The translations under genes and the position numbers were made by a program. From NCBI RefSeq assembly GCF_964355755.1, contig NC_092680.1:8494001-8558000 (forward strand): 64,000 nucleotides of DNA. The letters are read 5' to 3'. The notes beneath the pieces are model-generated. The model searched no databases, was not told the DNA's origin, and was given only the letters and a program-made list of their open reading frames with translations. Source of the DNA: Antedon mediterranea. Lineage: Eukaryota > Animalia > Echinodermata. Of this stretch, positions 12,521-22,530 are shown piece by piece; the stretch's first letter is position 1; each line of letters begins with the position of its first letter.

Positions 12521-13029
12521 AGCCGATAGAAATCAAATAATTATTGCTCGATCACTTGTTAATAAACGAAACAAATTAATATAGGCCTAATCTAGAAATA
12601 TTAACCTGATCACGCATTAATAATATTTAATGTAGGCCTATTTAATGTAGGACTATTCATTGTTTATTTCTTTTTTGATAAAAATAAAATAAGTAAATGA
12701 AACCAATAAATATTTAATTTATTTTTATTTTACTAGGCTATATGGATTATGTCGAGCTAGTATATAAAGTGAGTTGGTCGTGGTTTATAGGCTGTGGATT
12801 TTGGATTGGTGAGTAAGAAGACTGACCGAGAGTTTAGCTAGGGCCTATAACTGTCTACCTTTAGAATCCACTTTGGGCGGAAGATTACATCTCAAACCTA
12901 AAGTATACAATATGACTACTAAAATGTTTATATATATATATATATATATACCGCCCGGTGATATACTGAAATTTAATTAATTAATTTGAAACGATAAAGA
13001 TGAGGAAATCTGTGAGAATGAGAAAAAGT

Positions 13030-13101
13030 CGCCCCAACCGAGACTCGAACTCGGACCGCCTGCTTGATATGCAGATGTCCTAACCATTAGACCACTGGGG
13101 C
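13030..13101 (-). tRNA. tRNA-Asp(ATC)-like gene, array copy 1 (functional status unknown)
   Basis: 72-nt cloverleaf identical to 14274-14345, with A and B boxes and a downstream T5. Confidence 0.5.
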
Positions 13102-13399
13102 TTTCATGGTATTGTTCGAACTCGATTGGATAACGACTCTTTAACATTCTCGGCGTGGTACGGCGGAACAGCACTAGTCCTCAGTTGTACGCACGCGCAA
13201 CAGAGATCAAATTGATACGCCCTCATCTTTCAGTAATTTTATTCACGAGACGGGATCTCCGAAGAGATAGGCCTACTTTTATATATATAAACACAATAGG
13301 CAAAGAACATTAATTCTAAACCGCCCGGTGATATACTGAAATTTAATTAATTAATTTGAAACGATAAAGATGAGGAAATCTGTGAGAATGAGAAAAAGT

Positions 13400-13471
13400 C
13401 GCCCCAACCGAGACTCGAACTCGGACCGCCTGCTTGATATGCAGATGTACTAACCATTAGACCACTGGGGC
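13400..13471 (-). tRNA. tRNA-Asp(ATC)-like gene, array copy 2 (one D-stem substitution)
   Basis: Same as copy 1 except GGAC->GTAC in the 3' D-stem. Confidence 0.45.
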
Positions 13472-13766
13472 TTTCATGGTATTGTTCGAACTCGATTGGA
13501 TAACGACTCTTTAACATTCTCGGCGTGGTACGGCGGAACAGCACTAGTCCTCAGTTGTACGCACGCGCAACAGAGATCAAATTGATACGCCCTCATCTTT
13601 CAGTATTTTTATTCACGAGACGGGATCTCCGAAGAGATACTTTTATATATATAAACACAATAGGCAAAGAACATTAATTCTAAACCGCCCGGTGATATAC
13701 TGAAATTTAATTAATTAATTTGAAACGATAAAAGAGATGAGGAAATCTGTGAGAATGAGAAAAAGT

Positions 13767-13838
13767 CGCCCCAACCGAGACTCGAACTCGGACCGCCTGC
13801 TTGATATGCAGATGTCCTAACCATTAGACCACTGGGGC
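13767..13838 (-). tRNA. tRNA-Asp(ATC)-like gene, array copy 3
   Basis: Identical cloverleaf to copy 1. Confidence 0.5.
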
Positions 13839-14273
13839 TTTCATGGTATTGTTCGAACTCGATTGGATAACGACTCTTTAACATTCTCGGCGTGGTACGG
13901 CGGAACAGCACTAGTCCTCAGTTGTACGCACGCGCAACAGAGATCAAATTGATACGCCCTCATCTTTCAGTATTTTTATTCACGAGACGGGATCTCCGAA
14001 GAGATACTTTTATATCGTTTCAAATTAATTAATTAAATTTCAGTATATCACCGGGCGGTTTAGAATTAATGTTCTTTGCCTATTGTGTTTATATATATAA
14101 AAGTATCTCTTCGGAGATCCCGTCTCGTGAATAAAAATACTGAAAGATGAGGGCGTATCAATTTGATCTCTGTTGCGCGTGCGTACAACTGAGGACTAGT
14201 GCTGTTCCGCCGTACCACGCCGAGAATGTTAAAGAGTCGTTATCCAATCGAGTTCGCACAATACCATGAAAAA

Positions 14274-14345
14274 GCCCCAGTGGTCTAATGGTTAGGACAT
14301 CTGCATATCAAGCAGGCGGTCCGAGTTCGAGTCTCGGTTGGGGCG
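14274..14345 (+). tRNA. tRNA-Asp(ATC)-like gene, inverted array copy
   Basis: GCCCCAG TG GTCT AATGGTTA GGAC A TCTGC ATATCAA GCAGG CGGT CCGAG TTCGAGT CTCGG TTGGGGC G, then ACTTTTT. All four stems pair; anticodon ATC at 14307-14309; position 32 is a non-canonical A. Confidence 0.5.
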
Positions 14346-14504
14346 ACTTTTTCTCATTCTCACAGATTTCCTCATCTTTATCGTTTCAAATTTATATATA
14401 TTAAATATATATATATATATATATAATACTTCCTGTTAGGGGGGCCGTTGTTATGGCAAAGCCGCGTAGCGGCGCTATACAATCTTTGGTTATGGTACCT
14501 TGTT

Positions 14505-15310
14505 TTTAGTCGCGTGGAAGCGACTCTATAGTTCACTATGTCGGTCGGTCGGTCTGTCTGTCTGTCTGTCTGTCTGTCGGTCTGTCTGTCTGTCTGTCGG
14601 TCCGGTATCACTATGCGTTTTATCGCTTTATGACCTTATCTTGATATCAGTTTAATCTAGCTAAATCAATTTTTCACAGAATATTCCTTATGGCCAGGAA
14701 TCGATGTGGTTATGATTTCACGGTGCGCAATAAAAAATTACGCGGTCTACGCACGATTTAACGAAATCACGTTTGTAATCATATCTTAACAACCATGAAT
14801 CACAATTAAATAAAATTTGGTACTCATAAATTTCAGGGCATAAATCATCATATGGCAATACAATTACGTGCGTAGCGCATGTAACGCATGCGTACGCGCG
14901 CCTAAAATTTTCAAAATTTGTTTTCGATGAAATAAGAGTACGTTTCAGGCAATTTTAAGCGTTTACAAAATTGCCTTGAGTGCGCAGATTTTTGCGCGCG
15001 CACTGCGCGTTAAATGTTATTGCGCACTCTTTTTGCCCGATTTCTGTTTTCTTGACTTACTTTTCAACTCGAAATTACGTTATACGAGCACGTCAAAAGT
15101 AACAGGCTACGCACGTGTAAATTAAAAAAATATAAATGTTTTTAAACATTTCAACATTTTTAAACATGTTCAGTAATTTCGGTCAGTATAGTTCACTATG
15201 TCGGTCGGTCCGTCTGTCTGTCGGTCTGTCTGTCTGTCGGTCTGTTTGTCTGTCGGTCCGGTATCACTATGCATTGTAGCACGCGACTTAATGGCTGTTG
15301 GCCTTGTTTT
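14505..15310 (+). mobile_element. HINE/DINE-1-like non-autonomous Helentron (Helitron2) element
   Basis: Subterminal inverted repeats AGTCGCGTG (14508-14516) and CACGCGACT (15280-15288), a nearby partial IR GCGACT (14520-14525), two (GTCG/GTCT)n microsatellite blocks in a repeated core, a short 3' GGC..GCC stem and T-rich termini. Confidence 0.8.
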
Positions 15311-15329
15311 TACTGCCTTCGCTCTCTCT

Positions 15330-15376
15330 CTAGACCAGCCTTGAACGTTGGGGGCGGTGTTTAATCTTTGATAGGG
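15330..15376 (+). promoter_or_regulatory. TBCA proximal promoter GC box
   Basis: GGGGGCGG ~130 bp upstream of the TBCA ATG; duplicate at 10150-10196. Confidence 0.6.
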
Positions 15377-15484
15377 AGGATATCGGAGGATCGATCGAGA
15401 GGATAATCGGAGCGCTGCTGCTGTTGTTTGTATATGACAACAAAAAGTACTTTCTGAAAAAAGATATTTAGGGTCTAAGTAAAC

Positions 15485-18400
15485 ATGGCTTCTGCTGATC
15501 CACGATTGCGTCAATTAAAGATAAAAACAGGTGTTTTAAAAAGGTATTGCAGATAAAGTAATACATTGTTTTAGGATAACTAGGCTAGAGTAGTTAGGCT
15601 ACTCCGGCAAGCTAAGCCTAGCTAGGCCTCCTAGCTGCTGCTAGATATAGGTAGGCCCAGCAGCAGGGTAGCCTTGTACGGGAACCGCCTAGTAGGGCCT
15701 AGGCCTATTGCTAGAGTAGTATTAAAGTAGTAGGCTCCTGAGTATGGTAGGCTGCGCTAGAGAAAGCCTTAATAGGCTAGGGGTGGTACTGGGCCTAGCC
15801 CTCTAACTGTGTCTTTCTTTTTTAATTATACTTAGTCTTTAGGCCTAGGCTAGGCCTAGTAGTAGTTGAAATACTAACTAATCCCTGCATCAATCATTTG
15901 GGGAGGCCATAGAATAGGCCTACCTAATCTTTGGTTATTTTAATATTTATTTGTACCTTTTAAACAATTTTAAGAAGCTGACTATTGACACATTTTAAAA
16001 TTTAACAATATTTAAGACATATTTAAATGTTATAGTAATCATAAAAAACCTTACATGGGTGATACCTGCCATAGATTAGTATGAGTATGACTGCCTGCAT
16101 GTATCGCCTGATGATAGGGTTTTTTCATGTTCACCTCCATGAAATCCACTACAAAAATTATAATATATTATTTGTACAGTATAAAATATTATTATCATTT
16201 TTAAGGTGCGCCAAGGAGAAAATAATGTATCAGAAAGAAGGTGAACAAATAGCGGAAAAAATTGAAAAAATGAAAGCTGATAACAAAGATGAATATGATA
16301 TTAAAAAACAGGTAAGTTTATGAGTTGAATCCTTAAAAGTTGTGTAAATAGACATTTTTTAAGTCAATATAGTTACAGCATGTCAATTCCATTGGCTAAG
16401 CTTTCAGTTGACTATTTGTACTATGTGGAATTCAAACTCTTTATTTCTAAATGTGGTTTAAAGATGTATTATCCCTCTGAAAAAATTTTTTTTTACATTT
16501 TTGTTTAATTAATAGTTATTGACTTCGACCAAAAATTGGATCCAAAAACAAATTATTTACCTGAAAAAATGGAATTTATTAAAGCAAAAAATTGTCAAAT
16601 TGCCTGCCAGTCAATGGATTTTTGGTTGAATTTAACCATTTATCATGTTATTTTATAAGTGAAAACATTATTTTTTCTACGGAAGTGATTCACTTTATTA
16701 AAACTACAAAATAACCTATTCAAAGTTTGATTTAAATATTCTTCATTTTTCGTGTTTTTGGGGAACAATACATCTTTAAAAACCGTATTCTGCTCAAAAG
16801 AAATGTGTCCTTATGTACAAAATGGGTTATCGTACCATGAATGGGATATTTTTTTCATTTTTTCATTTTTGATTAAATTGGTTAATTACTAGATTTTAAA
16901 AAATTAATTACATAAATTATAATTTAAAAAAAAACCAAGACTGGATTTACATGCAACAGGGTACAGTATATTCTCATAAAGAATAAAAAACAATCCAAAT
17001 TGATGATGGAATATATTATTCTTAAATGTTGCTTGATTTAATCAGATCACCAAGGATGATTGAATACAGTTCATTAGTTTCAGTTGACCAAAATTAATAA
17101 TAGCATTTTTCTGCATGATTTAGTAAATGTTGGTAACAGTTTGTACACTCGGATGTATATGAATATTCATAATCATTTATTACCCAAACTATGTAAAAAA
17201 AAAACTGTTACACTAATTAAAAGAGAATCAACATTCTGCTTAATTAATGTTAAGCAAAAACTTTTTGATCATAATTACTAAGTTACAAGCAGCGAAAATA
17301 CCCAATCATCAACAAGCAAACCCTTGTTTAATTTTAGCAGAATGAAAGATTTGAAAATCATACGTTATTGATGCACTGTATTTGTAAAATATATATTTCA
17401 GTAGAACCCCTCTATCCCAGGATGGAAAGGGCGTAAATCTTCAAGTATCCCCAAACTCTTAACTCCTATTTTTTTGTAGATGGAGGTTTTGGCAGAATCT
17501 AAGATGATGATTCCAGATTGTACAAAAAGAATTGAAGCAGCTTACTCAGATTTAGAACAACTTATTGAGGTACTTAATAATATATTTACTATTCTTTATT
17601 AAGTAGGTTTGTAGCTTTGTGGTTTCGATGCTTGCCACTGGGGTCTGTCCTGTCCCTTTTTTTTTTACTTTTTTGTTTTAGTTCAATAAAAAACTAGAAA
17701 CGCTCGCTGAGAGTGCATACCTCCTCTTAAATGCTGTGTGTGATTTAGGCTAATTTCACTACAAGCATGTGTATGCGAGTTTGGTGTAATGGTACAAGCC
17801 TTTCAATTAACAATAGTTCAGTTGACTAATAGAACAGCAATGCCAAAAACAAACGGGTGAATTTGAAAAGAAATAGGTTTTTTAAAACTATTTGTATCAA
17901 AAAACCTGTACATTAAATCATTAAAAATAAATAATTTTTAAAAATTACAAATCACAAATTATAACTCTTGCCTCTTGAAAAAATGTTTTTTTGAACAAGT
18001 AGTTCTCGAGAAAATACACTTGTCTTGTTACTTTAAGACTGCACGCAGGCTTTTAAAAATTCTGTCCTGTCTAGCAGGTCTAAAAATAATACTTAAAAGT
18101 GGTCCAGAATTAGGACCGTGGTCTGGATTGCTCCTAAAATTTAATGGAGTGGTCCTTGACCACATATTTATCTGTATTTTCATTTTGGTAAAGATCTAAC
18201 AAAAAGACAGACACATGCGATCGATTACATATACCTCCTCGACGAATCAATACAAACAAATAATTTTGAAATGTTTAAATTAAACAAAGAAAAAGTAGAG
18301 CCAGGCCATGGAGGTGTTCATAGTCAGTGTACAGTAGTACAGTGTGCAAACGTTTCTCTATCTCATCAGTTTCTTCCAGTTAGTATCTCCATGTATGTTT

Positions 18401-19334
18401 TATTTGTAATTGGTAAGATTTTTTTTTTTTTAATTTCGTACCTATCAATGAATTTAAATTAACAATTTCATCCTTACCATTACCATTAATAGAATCGAAT
18501 TGTACTGTACATTATTATTAATATTATCATTATTTATTCTTTATACTGGGTAGCCTCTTCAGTCTAAGACTGTTCGTCCCAGAGGACCCAGTGTATTATA
18601 TGATGAGTTTGTGACAGTGGCTGTGTTTGAACTAGTACACCGGGGTAAATCCCTACTCGTCTCGAAAGATGTACTAGGTTCTTTAAAGTGCACATGAGCC
18701 AGATGTGTTTACTGGACCTACGGTTTATAGTCCCTATCCGAGAAGACTCGTTCTACCACCAGAACCATGGAGCAAATGAGCCTCGAACCCTTGCCAATGT
18801 TATGGCTACGTATTACGGTTCCACTGTCTTAACCACTCAGCCACTCACATGCAATTTATTTATTTAAATTTTAGATGCTTTTAGTAAGCCTAATTTATAT
18901 TAATATAATCTACAGTATTGTGAAATAAAACCTTAATACCAGTATTCCAAATGAGTTTGTTTGATGTGCAGCTCAATACATAAATCATATATTAAAGTAC
19001 ATAAAATAAAATCACAACAATCAAATTATCAAAAGTAGTAGTAATGGTTAACGTGATTGCTTTCCAATCCCAAAATACATGGTTCAATCCTGACTTAGTG
19101 CCACACAATCCATTCCACCATAATCAAATGGCACTTAGTTTATAAGCAATAGTTTATTCATATATCGGGGAGTTTCTTGCTGTTCGATGCGTATGAAATA
19201 AACAATTTATTATTATTATTATATTATTTTACACATACTGCATAATTTTTCATTTTTAGGAGTGTAAAACTGATTTTGCTGAAACAGAAGAACTGCAAGC
19301 AGCAGCTAAGCAATTAAGTGAAGTCACAGTCTAA
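15485..19334 (+). CDS. TBCA: Tubulin-specific chaperone A (109 aa, 4 exons)
   Basis: Exons 15485-15543, 16206-16311, 17480-17569 and 19260-19334 are all GT-AG and in phase: MASADPRLRQLKIKTGVLKRCAKEKIMYQKEGEQIAEKIEKMKADNKDEYDIKKQMEVLAESKMMIPDCTKRIEAAYSDLEQLIEECKTDFAETEELQAAAKQLSEVTV*. Confidence 0.97.
16462..16775. mobile_element. MITE with short TIRs and TTAA TSD (Kolobok-like) in TBCA intron 2
   Basis: TTAA|AGATGTATTATCCC ... GGGAACAATACATCT|TTAA. Confidence 0.75.
17692..18245 (-). mobile_element. Non-autonomous Helitron/HINE-like element in TBCA intron 3
   Basis: The minus-strand 3' end reads ...CACTCTCAGCGAGCGTTTCTAGTT (hairpin plus CTAG). ATACCTCCTC is repeated near both ends (~17717 and ~18231), and there is a GACA microsatellite remnant. 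Confidence 0.55.
18541..18846 (-). mobile_element. Full-length tRNA-derived SINE with Deu/Nin-like core in TBCA intron 3
   Basis: Minus-strand head GAGTGGCTGAGTGGTTAAG (A box)...GGGTTCGAGGC (B box), then the core shared with 10190-10372 and an AT-rich (TAA) tail. Confidence 0.8.
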
Positions 19335-19929
19335 GAAAATATGAGCTAAAAACTGACTGACCAAATGTATGACTTAAAATTGAAATCTGGGAACTCAATC
19401 CATAATTTTAATAATTTTCTAAAATAATAATTATCAATATATTTATCATGAGTTTGGAGGGTCATAGGGAACTAAGAACTGTGAAGAACTGGGAGTAAGA
19501 CTTATCTCCCATTTACTGCAGCTTAAGAATCATTTATTACGTACTGACATTTGTAATTTATAAAATTGATGAAAATTCCTATTTGCAATATTTTATTTGC
19601 TGTTTCAAATACTGTAATTGATAATTATACTGTGCTTTAATGTTATTTGATTAAAAGGTATAAAAGTCTGCATAAGTTCTATCTATATCTCCTTTTTAAT
19701 ATTTAGATATTCTGCACATACTCTGTACCATAATAGAGGGAATGTTAATAGAGCAGATGAAACTGTAGTACTGGTTTTGTATTTTAGGGTAATAAAAGTA
19801 ATATATTGGTTGGATATTTCATTCGAGTTTACACGCACGCAAATCGAAATAGCGCCCTCTAAATAACATAGAATGAAATCTCAAGTAGATATACTGTAGA
19901 ATCAGAAAAAAAATATCTTGGAAAGCAAT

Positions 19930-22530
19930 CCAATTTTTTGGTTACTATATCATAATTGACATGCGCAGAATCATATAATGTGGCCTGCGCGTGTCAATTA
20001 TGATATATAGTAACCAATCCTGTCAAAAAATGGAAAGTTCGAAATTTTTTCATTTTTTGAAAAACGGCCAAATTTCGACCCTTTTATTTTTGGTCTGGTT
20101 ACTTGACATATAATGTGTTCTGCGCATATCAAAATGTGATAGTAACCAGATTTTTTTTAATACATACAGAGAAAATGGCAAAATTTCTACTATTTCATTT
20201 AAAATGTAAAAAAAAAATTTTGAAAATTTACCTGTACAGGAATTTTTTCAAAAAATGACCAAAACGAGGATTTACCGCCTACCAAAAATATTTTCTACTG
20301 GCTGACGTCCAAAACTCCTTTTTAAAGATGTTATTAAGCGTGATATTTTCTTTTAATATTCCCATTGGTTCTTGGGAATCTCTCGCCTCCAACCGAACCT
20401 CCTGGCGTTCTAAATTGGTAACTGGTCACCAATTATCTGCCAATGCATATGTTGCTGAATTTGAAAGGCTTCGTAGTATTCGTCACCAGCAGAGTAGTTT
20501 AACCTGTTTGCTGATGTTTAATAATTACTGTATACAAATAAATTAACCCAACAGAACTCATCCGTAGCAGAGAAGTACCTCCTGAACGGAGGGCCGTTTG
20601 AGAAAAAAAATACTGTAAAATGTTTGTTTTTTCACCGCTTAAAATCCATCGAAAAAACACCACAGTGTATGAACATGGGAGTTTAACGACCATTCTTCCC
20701 GCGGTACACTCACGATGGATTTTAAGCGGTGAAAAAATGATGTTCTAATTTTGTTCAATCATGCAGTTAAGTAGAACAATCTTTTAAGAACTTTTTACAA
20801 TACGATTTTTTAATTAAAATGGTGTCCTGAAAATGCTATGTTATTTCTGTTGGTTGCGCTCGGCTGTCATCTTAGAGATGGCCACCGTAGCATGCACGAC
20901 GATCGTCTATAGCAACAAGACGTGGAATCCTTGAAAAAGCAGAATAAGTCTATCGCTGCCTTTCTAGTCTAGCTAGGATTGTTTTGGAGTTCGTTGACAT
21001 AAATAATTTTAAAATTCAAATCAATATAACATTTTGTTATTTTATGTACATCCGCTGCCTTTCTAGCCTAGCTAGGCCTAGGATTGTTTTGGAGTTCGTT
21101 GACATAATTAATTTTAAAATTCAAATCAATATAACATTTTGTTATTTTATGTACATCTTTTAAATTTATTTTGTTACTTTAAAAACAGAAACATCCTTAC
21201 TATATGAGAATTTTGTGAAAATTGAGGTCAGGTGTTAAATGTGACAATAACATTTATAATAATTTTTTTAAATAAATATTCATTAGAGTGGATAGAAATA
21301 TGTATGTTTTGAACAATTTAAGACAAAAATTAATTCTTTATGACTAGAGGTTAGCGAGATATGACCCTCAAGTGGAAACAAGGTCTAAGGTCGTATTTCC
21401 GGCCATTTTGTATGAAAATGTTTTATTATAGTACATAGGAAAGTGCATATTCTTAAACAATATAAGACCAACATCAAACCTCTTTGACCACTGGATATAG
21501 AACAAATACAAAAATAGTCTAAATTATTGTGAAAATCGTCATGCAATAATGTTAAAGGTGATATTTTTCAAAAATATGTTTTATTAAAACTTAGGCCTAT
21601 ATAAATATGGATATTCTGAAACATTTAGGAAAAAATAAAATCTTTATGACCAGGGGTTACCAAGATGTGACCCTTATATAAAAACAAGGTCAAAAGTGGT
21701 ATTTCCGGCCATTTTGAACGAAAACTTTTCATTATAGGACATATTCTGAACAATTTAAGCCCTCTATGATCACCGTCTTTGTCAAGTACTGTCTATATTT
21801 AGGTTTTTATAAATCCAAGATTGTCACCAAAATGACCCCCAAAAGACCCCATGGGACAATATTTCGTCTTGGGAACATCAAAAAATGACTATTTACCATA
21901 TTATAAAAAAAAAAACAAGAATTGTTTTTCAATGTAAATATGTTACAACATTTCAATTGGAATCAATTTTAGAGTCACCTTTTACTCAATCTGATTACAA
22001 TGACAAGAATATTATTTAGATGTTATATAAAACAAATATGTTTTATATTCGTGTAATGATAAAATAATGGTATTAGTGAATGTGAATGCTATTAGTACCT
22101 TTACACTCGACTCATAAACATTCATTATTTGTATGCTATATCATAATTGACATGCGCAGAACAATTTATATGATTCTGCGAATAAAAGGATTGAAATTTT
22201 GCCATTTTTTTTTATTTTTTTATAAAATGGCCAAATTTTGTCCTTTCAATTTTTTGACATAATTGTTTACTACTGTATATCATAGTGACGTGCGCAGAAC
22301 ACATATAATTTTTTGTAATCTTTTTTTTTTCGAAAAAAAAATGGGCAATGCGTAGAACACATTACGTGATTCTACGCACGTCATATTATGCTATGCCAAA
22401 ATAACGATCTTTTGAAACTGAGGTAACATGCGCAGAACATCACTTTATGTATTATAATATGCTATGCGCAGAATCAAGTAATGTTCTATGGCATATCTTG
22501 TGTATAGAGACATAGTAACCAGTTATATCA
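19930..22530. repeat. Nested repeat cluster: ATGCGCAGAA-motif repeats at both ends, enclosing an RTE fragment and an element with internal IR and tandem repeats
   Basis: TATCATAATTGACATGCGCAGAA-type motifs in both orientations at 19945-20150 and 22135-22525; IR at 20628-20737; ~100-bp direct duplication at 20954/21053; degenerate repeats at 21300-21770. Confidence 0.65.
20270..20525 (+). mobile_element. 3' fragment of an RTE-clade LINE
   Basis: Translates with frameshifts as LPKIF...RPKLLFKDVIKRD...FNIPIGSWESLASNRTSWRSKL, matching the W..LA..R..WR C-terminal motif of RTE ORFs. Confidence 0.7.

Larger units (their letters stand above)
12951..14392. repeat. Array of ~365-bp tRNA-containing units: three head-to-tail copies plus one inverted copy, flanked by (TA)n
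   Basis: Units start at 12951, 13321 and 13685; the inverted segment is ~14014-14392. Copies are near-identical. (TA)n tracts lie at 12929-12950 and ~14393-14425. Confidence 0.95.

Noticed and set aside
12977-13911. Three near-identical 65-66 aa ORFs (MLFRRTTPRMLK...)
   Set aside because: They run through the tRNA-like repeat units, start at a non-ATG codon and show no domain; by-products of the repeat.
14186-14235. CTGAGGA as a hammerhead core in the tRNA-carrying unit
   Set aside because: No correctly placed stem II/GAAA, and the motif is not preserved in the diverged copy at ~10750.
12951-14392. CRISPR-like or rDNA-like array
   Set aside because: Units are contiguous ~365-bp copies with no unique spacers and no rRNA similarity; the context is eukaryotic.
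14378-15514. ORFs with (TDRQ)n repeats
   Set aside because: Translation of the GACA/GACC microsatellites of the HINE element.
19034-19110. tRNA-like sequence (AGTAATGGTTAACG...TTCCAA...GGTTCAATCC)
   Set aside because: The stems do not pair; at most a decayed SINE head, not a tRNA gene.
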